Source: Paraspadella gotoi | Lineage: Eukaryota; Animalia; Chaetognatha | Assembly: GCA_051294375.1 (NCBI GenBank) | Contig: CM119265.1 | Span: forward strand, 1,490,654-1,554,653 | Length of the DNA stretch: 64,000 nucleotides | Direction: 5' to 3' | Shown: positions 24,290-36,806 of the stretch, piece after piece | Position numbering within the stretch: position 1 is the first letter of the stretch | Layout: every line of letters begins with the position of its first letter | The notes under the pieces: generated by a model | The model's input: only the letters and a program-made list of their open reading frames with translations | Database searches by the model: none | What the model was told of the DNA's origin: nothing | Made by a program: the position numbers and the translations under genes

Positions 24290-27200
24290 CGTCTGTCAGT
24301 ATTTTTTTTTAAAGAACGAGAATGTATTAACAAAACCGTCATTTTCTCGTTAAAAAAAATAACTTGTTTTTAAATTTATTGTGATTGTTATTCAAAGAGA
24401 CAGTCATAAACACAGCACTTCTCCTTGACAAAATAAGATGTAATAAAAAAAAATTATTTACTCAAGCGACCAAGTAGTTATCATTGTAATTAAAACAGGA
24501 TAAATTACTCGAGAAAGAAGAAAAGAAAAGAAAGAAAGAAAGAAAGAAAGATTAAGATAATAAGAAACAAAGTAAAGAAGAAAAAAGATAAGAAGAAATG
24601 AAAGTATAAGAAAGAACAGAAAGAAAGAGGCAAGTGTGTTGAAAAGTTCGGTCGCTCGCGAAGAACAAAACACTAGAGAAACCAAACACGAATGAGGAGG
24701 AAAGGAGGTGGAGGAGGACGTGAGCAGAGGAGAGACACAGAGAAGGAGAGAGAAAGAAAATAGAAGAAAAAAGTTATAAGTGGATTGAAGTTGGATTAGA
24801 TGAGTGAAAAAAGAAAGAAATGAAAAGAGAGTAGAGAGGGAGAGAGGGGAGAGTAAGATGTAAGAGGATGAGAGGAGAGATGAGAGAGCGGGGAGAGTGT
24901 GTTGAGAAGAGGAGAGAGGGAGAAGAAAAAGGGAAGCAAAAGGGAGTAAGAGAGAGAGAAGAAAGAGAGAAAGAGAGAGGAGACAACAGGCAGAGAGAGA
25001 AGAGAGAGGAGAAAGAGAGAGGGAGAGAGAGTGAGATAGAGTGCGAGCAAGAAAATGAAAAAGAAAAGCAATAGAGAGAAAGGGAGGGAGAGAGCAAACA
25101 AGAAAGGAAATAGAACGAGAGAGAGAAAAAAGATAAAGATAAAGTTAAAGCAAGAAAGACATAAAGATAGATATATAGAGGAAAAAGATAGAAAGATACT
25201 ACTATAAAGATGGAAAAAATGGCGTTGTTATTCTAATAAACTGATATTTTTTTCCCCAAAAAAAATTGAGTTAAATTTTTTCAAGGTAAAAATCAAAACA
25301 ATGAAAAAGCGACGAAGTCAAAAAGAGAGAGCGATGAACAAACCACGGAACAACCACGGAACAATTCCGGAACAATTCACTTCCCCGAAAATTCATAATT
25401 AAAAGACAGATGGACTGACCGACTGAATGAACGTTTGTTTTAAATTAGAGGCCGTCGATTTTCAACAAAATGTTTTATGTTCTATTTTTTAAAACAAGAA
25501 TTATTTGATTTCTTCGTTTATTAATATATATTGGTTAATGGTTATCCTTTTCACTTCCTCACTTTCCGCATTCACAAAATGATCAGAACTCACGCAGACA
25601 GATCCATTTTCCTCTTCACACCCAAACATTTAGTCATTCACCGGCGTGCACATTAGTTCGCGCGCATTCACACGCAAGTTTCCTCGGCCAAAAATTTTAC
25701 GACGAATCGCAGAGAGAGATGCGCGGGATATCACAGACTACTTCCTTTCTCGAGAGTAAGGTGACATAGGGATAGGAGGAGACAGAACGAATACCACGAC
25801 CAGAAGATGCACGAAAAACGTTGTAAGACAGATGGACGCAAAGATACATTGATAGCAGCGCTATAAGTAAGATCACGCATGTCTGTACTGTATCATATAA
25901 TGAGTGATCATAGGATGACTTGATACGGTCCAGACGACAACGACCGATACCGTTATGACAGATATTAATATGAGGATAAAAGAGGATGAAGACGAAGACA
26001 TCAGAACGATGTCTGTTTGTCATTACGATGCTGCGACGGTCTAAGAATTGTTTAAGAGAGATATTTATACATTGTAAAACAGAAGCGAGGACAAAGATGA
26101 AAGACGGAGCAGAAGATTTCGAATGATCTAAGTAGGACGACGAACGAACGACAAGACCAAGCAGAAAGACTGGGAGAACAGAACCAGGTTGAAGCCGACG
26201 CAAGAAGACGAAACGAGGGAAAACAGAAGTCAGACTCGTCAAACTTGGAGATCGGAGATTTAAGACGCGAGACACCCGAGTCAAAAACACGAGTGAACGA
26301 ATACGTAGCGAAGGAGACTATTCGAGGACGACAGAAATAAACCGCACCAACATGAAAACGTATAAGAGAATAGAAGGGGAAGTGTGAGTGTTAAAAAAAC
26401 CAAACGACAAAAAAGAGATGAAATGCAGGGACAAGTATGGACAGAGAAGAAAACGTGCAAGAGAACAACATACAAGAAGTCACCGCTACACCGGAACGAA
26501 TCACTAAGTAAACGCGAGGTTTATACGACTCGGAAAGAGGAAAGTCCCGCTGTGCCAGTCTGCGATCAGTCCATTTTTTTAAAGAACGAAGAAGTTAAGG
26601 ACCGTTATAAGAGGAAACAGAGGCATACGCCGTTCACGAAGTCGAGATATATAAGAGAAAAATGTAAACGTGATTTTAAGATTTAATTGTGATGTAGTTA
26701 TTGTATAGAGATCGCAGAGAGAGAAGAGAGCAGATCAGTGAACAAGACACGAGTAGAGGAGAGAAGAGGAGAAGAGAGGAAGGAGAAGAGAGAGAGAGAG
26801 ATAAGTAGAATGGCATTCTTCTGACAAAATAAAATTATCTGGCAGCGACCAAAGTACGATAGTAATACAATTGATAACGTAACAAAAAGAACGCACAACG
26901 CCCATAAAGACTAAGAAAGAAACCAGAAGGAACATAGAAGGAGAAGAGAAAGATATATGAAAAGAAAAAAAAAATAAGAATGGTCAAGATATTCAAAAAG
27001 GAAACGGAGAAGGAGTGAGAGAGTAAAAAGTTTAGGAAGGAAAAAGAAAAGAGAAAAGAGAGAAGTTAGGAATAGACAAAAAAAAGAAGAAAGAAAGAAA
27101 AGCATAGTTGAAAGAAGAAAGTAAATGATAAAGAGAAGGTACGTATAGAAGAAAGAAAGAACAATAGAATATATGGGGAAAGAAATGAGGCACATGATTT

Positions 27201-28785
27201 ATTGTTGTGAAAAGTCTGGCCTAGCTGCGACAGAAGAACAGAAAGACTACTGGAACGCAAAACAGCGATGAGCGAGCGCTGAAGGGTTCGTATAGGAGAG
27301 GAGGAGGAGGAGGGAAGAGGAGGGAGGAAAGAAGAAAAAAGAAAAAATGTTATAAAGTGGATGAAGTGGATAATGAGTGAAGAAAGTAAAGGAATTCGAG
27401 AGAGTCGAGACACGGCAGAGACGCGGGGGAGAGAAAGAAGAGAGAAGAGAGCAGGGAGAGGGAGAGAGCGGGCGAGAGGGGGGGAGAAGAGAGAGGGAGA
27501 GAAAGGGAAGCAAAAAGGGGGAAGTAAGAGAGAGAGAGAGAAAGAGAGAGAAGAGAGAGAGAAGAGAAGAGAGAGAGAGAGAACACGCTAAAGAGAGAGA
27601 GGACAGAGAGAGAGGAGAGGAGACGGGAGAGAGAGTGACGATCGAGTGTAAGCGATGTAAATTTATATGAATATATATGATAATAATAATAGAAGTTTAT
27701 GAAGGGAGGTGGAGAGAGCAAAACAAGAAAAGGTATATATATGTTACAGAGAGACGCAGAAGAATAAAGTATATAAGTTAATATGTATGTATACTAATGC
27801 ACATAAAGGATGATAGATATATAGTACGGCCACTAAAAGATAGAAAAGATACTATATATCTTTTTTTCGTTGTTTGAGAGAGTTAACCAAAGAGATGGAC
27901 AAAAAAGTAATAGCGTTGTATATTTTTGACTCCACAGACATGTTTTTATATCTCTCTACAATATATATTATACCAATTGAGAGTATATATTTTTTTTTCA
28001 GTAGGATAAAAATCCCAACGAATAGAATAAGTGGTTTAATAATAATGACGCGTTATAGTCACTAGAGAAACGATGAAACACACTAACTACTGAACAATCC
28101 ACTGTGAACCACACCCACGGAAACAATTCCGGAACGAGAGCCATTCCACGCCTCCGACAAAATTTCATAATTAGAAAAGCACAAGATGGACTATTGACCT
28201 CCGTATTAGCTTGATAGAAACGTACTATTCGTTTTAAATAGAAAGTGACCGTCGAATTCTATACATTATCATATAATATCGTAATGTGTTCTATTTTTAA
28301 AAACAAGGGAATTATTTGATTTCTTCGTTTATTTAAGTATACTGAGAGAATATTGGTTTAAATAAGTTGTATACCGTTGACTTATATACCTCTATCTCGT
28401 CATGCACAAAGAGAGGAGATCTGGCACTCGCAGACAGGATCCATTTTCCTGCTCTTTCACAAAAAAGCGCGTTCAAAAAGTGTTGCAGATTGATCTCAAG
28501 AGTTTGAGAGCACAACAAGATTACCAACCAGACAGAAAAGATGGAAAATGCTGCAATTACGTGGGACCAATTTTTTAAGGATGCGAGGGGGAGAGAGGTG
28601 GCTGGATAAGAGGGGAGCACCCACAACAGAACACTTTTAGGTCGATGTTTGTCACATCGGCTGGTTGGACTATTGGTAAGTATGAGGCGAGAGGCGCAAG
28701 TAGACAACGCAAGTTTCCTCGCCAAAAAATTTTAGCGGACGAATGCGCCGACGGGAAACTCGCGATCTACGGAGAGAGAGAGGAG

Positions 28786-28824
<39 letters not shown>

Positions 28825-29046
28825 CAGAGAGAAGAGAGAAGAGAGAGAGAGAGGGAGAAAGAGAGAGAGAGAGAAGAGAGAGAGAGGAGAGAGAAGAGAG
28901 ATGAGGGGGGAAAGAGAGAGACTGAGTGAAGAGCAAGAATGTGAGTGCGTTGTACCTACCTTTTGCGGTACGACATGAACAAGGGTCTCTTGTGGGACGA
29001 AGAGGAAAAACACGGAAAAGGCAGGAAGTGAGAGGAGAAAGGAGAG

Positions 29047-29087
<41 letters not shown>

Positions 29088-29848
29088 GAAGAGAGAGAAG
29101 ANNNNNNNNNNNNNNNNNNNNNNNNNCGAACGAAACTCGCGATCTACAGAGAGAGGAGAGAGAGAGAGAGAGAGAAGAGGAGAGAGAGAAGAGAGCAGAG
29201 TAGAGGAAGAGAGGCAGAAGGAGAAAGAGAGAGAGACGAGAAGAGATGAGTAAGAGAGCAGATGAAGTGAGGTGCAGTTGTAACGTAGCTTTTTTGCAGG
29301 TACGAACAGAACACAAGGTCCTGTGGGACGAAGAGGAAAAACACGGAAAAGGGCAGGAAGTGATGAGGAAGAGAATACGAGAATTGAAGTTAGAGAGAGA
29401 AGAGAAGAGTATGAGAGAAGAGAAGTCGCAAGAGAGAGAGAGAGAGAGGAGAATGGAGAGTAAGTGTGGCAAATTCTCCTGGAAAGAAAATGGCATCAAT
29501 ATTAAGCTTACGCAGAACACGCTGAGCTTATAGATGAAAAAAGTCTTTGCATTGGGCTAAATTTGTTGCAACGACTTGTAATTTTTATTGTTGTCATAGA
29601 TTAATATGTTTATGGATACGTCGAAGTGTTTCAGCAAGTATTAAAATTGTTATGATGATACTAGCTTGAGATTTTAATTTTAAATCTTAGTAATTTAATT
29701 GTTAAGTAACAACTATAACCATTTTAAAAAATTTATAACAAACATGATCCGACTGTCAGAACTATGCCTCGATAAGCGAATGATTGGAAAGTTTTAGATA
29801 GACGATGTAGAAGCTGAAGATAATAACCCGGTATTCTCTCTCGGGTTT

Positions 29849-29881
<33 letters not shown>

Positions 29882-30170
29882 ATGGGCAAATTCTCCTGGA
29901 AAAGAAAATGGCATCAAATACTTAAGCTACGCAGAACACCTGAGCATTATGATAAAAAAGTCTTTGCATTGGCTAATTTTGTTGCAAACCACTTGTATAT
30001 TTTTATTGTTGTCATAATTAACTTGTTATGGAAATACTCGAAGGTTTCACAAGTATTAAAATTGTATGATGATAACTAAGCTTTGAAGATTTTAATTTTA
30101 ATATCTTAGTAAATTTAATTGTTAATACAATATAACATTAAACAATTTAAAACAAATCCAACTGTCAGGT
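24290..30170. other. Stack of noisy duplicate copies of the same host locus (likely gap-fill redundancy)
   Basis: 24290-25710 is repeated very noisily at ~26560-28750. 28750-29050 is repeated after the N25 at 29127-29400. 29460-29760 is repeated at 29880-30170. Confidence 0.75.
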
Positions 30171-30329
30171 CACGTACAAATTAATATTTTAAAATAAAAC
30201 ATTAACTAAAATAAAACCGTCAAAGTTTAAGGACGATGACAAACAGTAACTTACTTTTTAACGACTTACCTTTTTTGATCCGCTCCCGCCGAAGCCGCCG
30301 AAAAGGGAAAAGAGAAAACCTTACCTGAA

Positions 30330-30555
30330 TGAGTGAGGACTGAATACTGAGGAGTGAGGAATGAGTACAGAGAACTGAGAAATGAGGACTGAGAACTGAG
30401 AACTGAGAACTTTGAAATGAGAACTTAGGACTGAGAACTTTGAAATAAGAACTGAGAACTTTGAATTGAGAACTGAGAACTTAGGACTGAGAACTGAGAA
30501 CTGAGAAACGAGGACTGAGAACTGAGAAAAGAATTCTGAGAACTGAGAACTGAGA
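30330..30555. repeat. Heptamer satellite (CTGAGAA)n
   Basis: Runs of gagaact/gaggact. The same family occurs at ~33570-33778 and ~38168-38258. Confidence 0.9.
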
Positions 30556-33500
30556 GGGGTTAGGTATTATGCCAGGATGATCAAGCTAAATTACATTCAA
30601 CTGAGTGAAGTTTTGCTGACGGTGGTAAATATTGTGGAAAGTCATATCACTTATGCTGTGATGATAGCAATTCATCTGATGTCGATGATTGTCATACGAT
30701 TGATGCTATAGGTGATAATAGTCTAAGTAGAAGACTAAACACAAATGCTGTATGAGTGGAAAGAGAGAGAGAGAGAAGGAGAGAAGAAGAGAGTGAGAGA
30801 AGAAAGTGAGAATATAAATCCACGAAAAATCTCGGATGAAAAAATATGGGATTTGTATTGAAAAAGCGCGGAATAAATGGGGTGAGATATATTAACATTT
30901 TTAGAAAGGAAAAAAAGAATCAATTTTTTAAAAGAAGAACAATTCGATCACGGCAAGAGATCGGACGAGATTAGGTAAGACCAAGTATCACATCACAGAA
31001 GAGACAGAGAGAGAGGAGAGACATTGCCGTCTGAGCAGAGAAAAGTATAGAGAGAGAGAGAAAATGAGCGATTATAAGGGATAAATAAAGAAGAGGAGGA
31101 GAAGATGAGAGCTCTACAGCGGCCGTTTACTCGTTTTAAAAGAATCAAGGCAGTTTCTTAATGCCCGAAGACGTAGAGTGAGCTCTTCTCTACCCAAATG
31201 GACACCGGGTTCGCACCCTGTCGCGGCAGTAGGTTTTTTTTATCATTAGTGAGCCCACATTATATCTGTCTAAACATAATTTTTTTTGGGTAAAAAAAAA
31301 AAGAGAGAGAGAGAGAGATAGATTGAAGAGAGAGAGAAAAGAAGCTGGACACAGACGCTGCAGAGCCGTGAACTCGTTTTTAGACAAAATCAGGAAGAAG
31401 CGAGTCGACTGAAAAAAGAGAGAAGAAGAAATGAGCAGAACTATTTAATATTTAAAAGAAAGAGAGAGAGAGAGCGCATATATATCTAACTAAAATTTGT
31501 TTTGGTAAATTAACACAAACATAAACAAATACGAATCATTGATATGAAACAGAGAAATTTTAAAGATCTTGATCTTAGAAGCCATATTATGAAATTTCAA
31601 CTCCCTATGATATACCACTTTCAGAAGCCATGATCTGCAAAAAAGCGTGACCGAAAGCTAAACCGAATCAAAATCTAGCCAGGAACGGCTTTGCTGAATA
31701 TAAATTATAATTAATTATTAATAATTAATTAATTAATTAACAATCGAACATTCAGGAGCTCAAAATGATTTTAACAAGACGACAACGACGACGAATACAA
31801 TTGACAAAGACGACGACGAAGTCTTTGTACTTTGGACCCGTAGTACAGTATGTGGTCAATAAGAATGACCTGTTCTTACCCGACCTTGTTATGGCTTGAC
31901 CTTTCTCAGCAATGTAAATACTAGTTGTTGTTGACTAATTCGATTGAATAATTAATTACTGATCAGTTTTGGCATTGTTAGGCTCAAAACTTGTGTTGTT
32001 CTTTTTCGTCTTTTCATTTTATGCAAAAGAAATGGCGACCATGATAATGATGATGACGACGAGGATATCAAGATCGTGATTAATTGAAATTAGAATTTGT
32101 ACTTTGATCAATTAAATGAAATTCATATCAGGCCTGTTAGTTGTTATGAGGTTCTTATTTTAGTCATAGGGTCAGCTGAATAAGGACCCATAAGCGAGAA
32201 CTGAGAAAGCTAACAACGACATTGGGAGATTGGACGACAATTGAGAATCTGGATAGAAAATTACTGACAAGATTGTTTAACTTGATTGGAGAAAATTTAT
32301 ATTGTGGAAATGTGGATTACATTTAATTTAAGTTGGGATTCTTTGATTTGAAATAATTCATTGATAAAAGATATATATTTTCTATAATTAGAATTCGTAG
32401 TGACAGTAGAGACTATTAAGAGTTAGACTTTGAGAAAGATTAAATTTCTGTATGGAATATAGATTAGTAAGATTGATTACTTTAGTTAAGATGTGATTGA
32501 TGATTAATTAATTTGGAATTAGAGTTGAGAGTAATTTAATGCAGCCTGAGAACTTGTATTTACATGATTGAAATAAAAAAGATAAAAAAGCAAAGATTAA
32601 GGCTGAAAGACAGGTATTTTAGTAATTTTCTTTTTTGTTCAGTTGTATAAAGTTAGATTTACCAACTTCAAAACGATTCTGTACAAGATCTTATACTTCA
32701 GATCTTACAAAGATTAATTCATTCTGATTAAAAAAGGTTTATTGTTAATTATGATTTTTAGACAGAAAAGATTGTTTGAGATAGAGACTTTATTACATGT
32801 CTAAAGAGAAGTAATTTTATATAAATAATAACCAAACCTTAAAGAGGGAACGAATCCGGGCTAAAAAAGATTAAGCGGATTGCACGCGAAAACGGAAGGA
32901 AGCAGGGTTTCTGGGGGAGTACTTGGGAAGCCGCCTTTGGGCGAAAAGATCGATCCGGCGTTCCCATCTCTGCTAAAAACAAACATTTTGGATCAAATTA
33001 GTTAATTGAGTTTTAAATGGAAGAAAGAAAGTCATATTTACTTGATAGCATTTTTACTTATAATTAGTCATAATTATTATATGATTAAAAAAGTGTAGAG
33101 ATAGATAAATTGATAAATGAAAAATTTGTGTTTTGGTAGGGGAACTATGAGATGAGAAAGGTGAGATATTTTTGGTGGAATTGTAGAGTGGTAAAGAGTT
33201 TAAAACTGAAAGACAAAAGATGTGGTGACTAAAAATCCAAGAACCAACCAGATTTCTTGTCAGCGGCCATTGGTGCCGGAAGCAAGTCATTCGCCTCCCA
33301 ACCCAAAGGTCCAGAGGAATGGTTCTTAGCCCGGTGGCCGTCCTAGCAGTTAAAAGGGACGGGGCCGACGTAACACCGACCTCGTTAACATTGGTGTTTA
33401 CAGCCTGATCGAAGCTCATAACTGCTTATAATTGTGATGCTTTCTGTCGAGCTATCACGATAATATCGTGAAATAGTGTCTATTCAAAGACAACAATATT

Positions 33501-33934
33501 TTGTTCATAGTTTTAAAAGTTCTCATCTTTATTCTCTTCTCTGAGTGATTGATTGAAGATATGACTACGAGGACTGAGAAGCTGAGAACTGATTGAAAAG
33601 AATTTTTGAGAACTTGAGAANNNNNNNNNNNNNNNNNNNNNNNNNGAAACGAGGATTGAGAACTGAAGAAAGAATTCTGAGAACTGAGAAACGAGGATTG
33701 AGAAGCTGAGAAAAGAATTCTGAAGAACTGGAGAAAGCGAGGATTGAAGAACTGAGAAAAGAATTCGTGAAACTGAGGAGCAATCTGAACTCAAATGGTT
33801 CGCGATGAATTTTTCATGAATAAAACGAAAAACGTGAATAAATATAAAAAGTTTTTCATTCTTTTATTATTTTCTTTCTTTCGTTTTATTCTTTTTTTTT
33901 ATATTTTTTGTTGTGGCGCTTTTCTTTCTTTTAT

Positions 33935-36806
33935 GACGCAGAGACAGATCACGCTTAATTTCATGTGCACTGAAAAAAATTATGCGGTCATTGAATATAC
34001 TTTGTCTGACCATTTGTACTAATAAGCCATGCCCCTTCCTGACAGTTAGTGCTGGGAAAAAATACATGCAAAATATGATTCCGGGCTTGAATGATACCAG
34101 TAAAAGATACAAGTGTAAGAAGTTGAAATTTGACTTAGAAAAAATAACTAACCTTTGTTTCTCTGAATTCTTACCCATAAGCATAAATGAGTAAGACCGA
34201 TGGGGTTTACCAACTGAAAAGTTTGATTAATGTTTCTAGATGATAAAAAATGGTCCTAGTTTAATTTTTAATTTTTTTTTTTAGGGGTAATACAATATGG
34301 AATATTGAGAAATACTCGCGCGCTTTTGTCGAAAAATTTTTAATTTTAACAAAGATTTTGTACTGGCCGTAAGTTCAAATCCTGTAGTTCTTCCGATGAA
34401 AAAAAAGTAATTTTTTTTTGCATTACTGGGAAAAGGAAAAGAGATAGGATAGTGGGGGCAAGGGTTCAAATTAAAGCCTAAAAAAATTAGGGGCATTTTC
34501 TGAATTGCTAGGTTTTCTATAATTATCAAAATGTTAGAACAGTGATTTGTTTTAAAAACTAGTTAAAAGTAATAACATGTTTTTTTCGGAGTTAAAATTT
34601 AATGGGAAAGGGATAATTGAATTTTTTGGTTATATTTCGGGATTTTGGAAAAAGGATAGACGAAATTACCAAATTTTTTTGAAATTAACCATATAATTTC
34701 TTTTTACTCCAATAAATTTGCTTATTTTAGGGTCAAGAAGTTAGATAAAACAAGGTCAAAATACATTTAATGTTAGGCTTATAATAATAAAATGTTATTT
34801 TATTATGTAGAAGATTATATAAATTAAATAGTTATTTTCCCAGTTAATTATAAAACTGGGGTTTTAGGGTTTGTTTTCCCTTTTTTCTCTGGGTTTGAAA
34901 AAATAATAATCATTTTCAATTTTTTTATTTTTAAACTTGGCAAAACATAAAAATCCCCCCTTTGGGGGGGGACCGCACTGGGGGTTTTGTGATCATTATT
35001 ACAAATTTTAAATTTACACTGTAAAATTTTATTTTATTTTTTTAAGGCTTTTAATCAAATGTTTTAATTATTAAAGAATTCCTTTAAATTCATTGAGGCA
35101 ACAGTACTACTGAAGGGAGGGAATTGTGGGACATGACATGGGCACAGGAAGTTTATGACATCCAGGGAAGTAGGTTTTTGGCCACGAAATTGGTATGCTA
35201 ATCTTTCTTTTCGTTGTTTTGGGACGAAATTAGAGACCTGAGTTTTTGAGTTTTTATGAAACAACGGATGTTTTTATTTCAAAAACAGACGATGTTTCGG
35301 CTTCAAATTTTTCAAAGCCCTTTCATGGCAGGCGTTTAGAGTCGGAAATTTTGGGTGGTAAAAATTTAATTTGTTTTTTGTTAAGAAGAGATGAAAAAGC
35401 AAGAGAATTTAGTAAAGACAAGAGGAGAAGAGCGACGGGGGGGCAGAAAGGTTTTCCCCAAAAACACAGGAGATTTTAGTAAAAGGACAGTGGGGTGCAA
35501 AAGTGGTGGGGGAGACAGGGCCTGAAAGGTTTTTGAGAAAAAGACCCACAGGGGAGGGTTAAGTTTTGGGTTGAAAAAAAAAAGAAGTGAAAATGGGTGG
35601 GAAGAGGAAGGAGGGGAGAGGAGGGGGAAAAACCAGTGGGGGCCCAATTCTTTTACATTTGGTGTTATGGTATAGACATAAAGAAAAAGGGGTGGGTTTT
35701 AATAACCCTTTTGTCCTTTCTAAACTTCTTGGGTGGTGGTATAAAAACTTGCCTTGTGTCGGCGTCTCTCTGTTTATTCTTCTCTTTCTCTCGTTCCTTT
35801 AACAACAAATATTCCAAATTCACTAACGCTGATGAAAGGACTATGAAATATAAAAGGCCGAAAAAACATGTCTGTTTTTTTTGAAAATAAACAATCGTTT
35901 GTCAAAATAAACTAAAAAACTGTCTCTAAGTTTTGGCATAAAAATAAAGATATCAAAAAACGAAAAACATCAAAGATTGTTCCAAAATGCGAATGCCGGT
36001 TGAATCTGATATTTTTCAAAAAATTCAAAGATTTTTGGTTCAATAGTCCTAGAAAATGCCTAAAAATTGTCTGAACACAAAAATGTGTTTTTTTCGAAAA
36101 TTGAAATAATTCTACTATGCTTCCTTCAATAATTAAAAATGTAATTTAAGCATAAGTTATGTATTGCAATAATTGAAGCGGGCCAAATTTATCATGCATA
36201 TTGGGCAAAAGATTTTGCTCTTAATTTGAAAGATCGCTTTTTTGAAAAATCTTTGCTGTTGAATGAAAATGATGGTCTATTATAATTGAAAGTTCAAAAT
36301 ATAGATAAAAGAAAAAATTTATTTTGTAATTCTAGTATCATATAATTCATTATGCCCATTTTGGTTGTAACTTTCCCCAAAGTTAAAAAAAGTATTTTAA
36401 ACCAATGGGTTCTGAAATACTTGCTTCTTTTTTCCTGTAGATAATGAATATCTATTGTTAAGGCTTATTTGGGTATATTTCGTAAGGTTAACCCAAAAAA
36501 GGCTTTTAAAACATAACGCTAAATTAACAATTTTTTTTGTTAAGTCATTTTTTTTTTTGGGACTTTTGTGTCAAGATTATTTTTCTTCTTTTTCTCTGAC
36601 GACGCTATTGCCCTTACTTGTGGTCGGTTGACACTCAGTGGAGACGAAGTACCTGTAGGTCTCGCGAGTAAAACCACAAAACAACAAATTATATGCTAAA
36701 GAGATTATGAAATCAAAAATATGGCCGGAACAAAAGTGAAAGTAAAAAATTGATCATGAAGTAGAGGTGGGAAGCAAATAAGCGTGGATCTTGTTTCTCT
36801 GGCGTC
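33935..36806. mobile_element. TIR DNA transposon (~2.9 kb), 4-bp TSD, GA...TC termini (Kolobok- or Sola-like; no transposase recognised)
   Basis: Left end gacgcagagacagatcacgctta matches the reverse complement of the right end (gacgccagagaaacaagatccacgctta), allowing for indels. It is flanked by ttat (33931-33934 and 36807-36810). The duplicate locus lacks the insert and has a single ttaa at 38404-38407. Confidence 0.8.

Noticed and set aside
25710-26560. Novel unique sequence or ORF 25697-26290
   Set aside because: It looks like a very low-quality read segment that grades into a noisy copy of 24150-24300. It is not interpretable.
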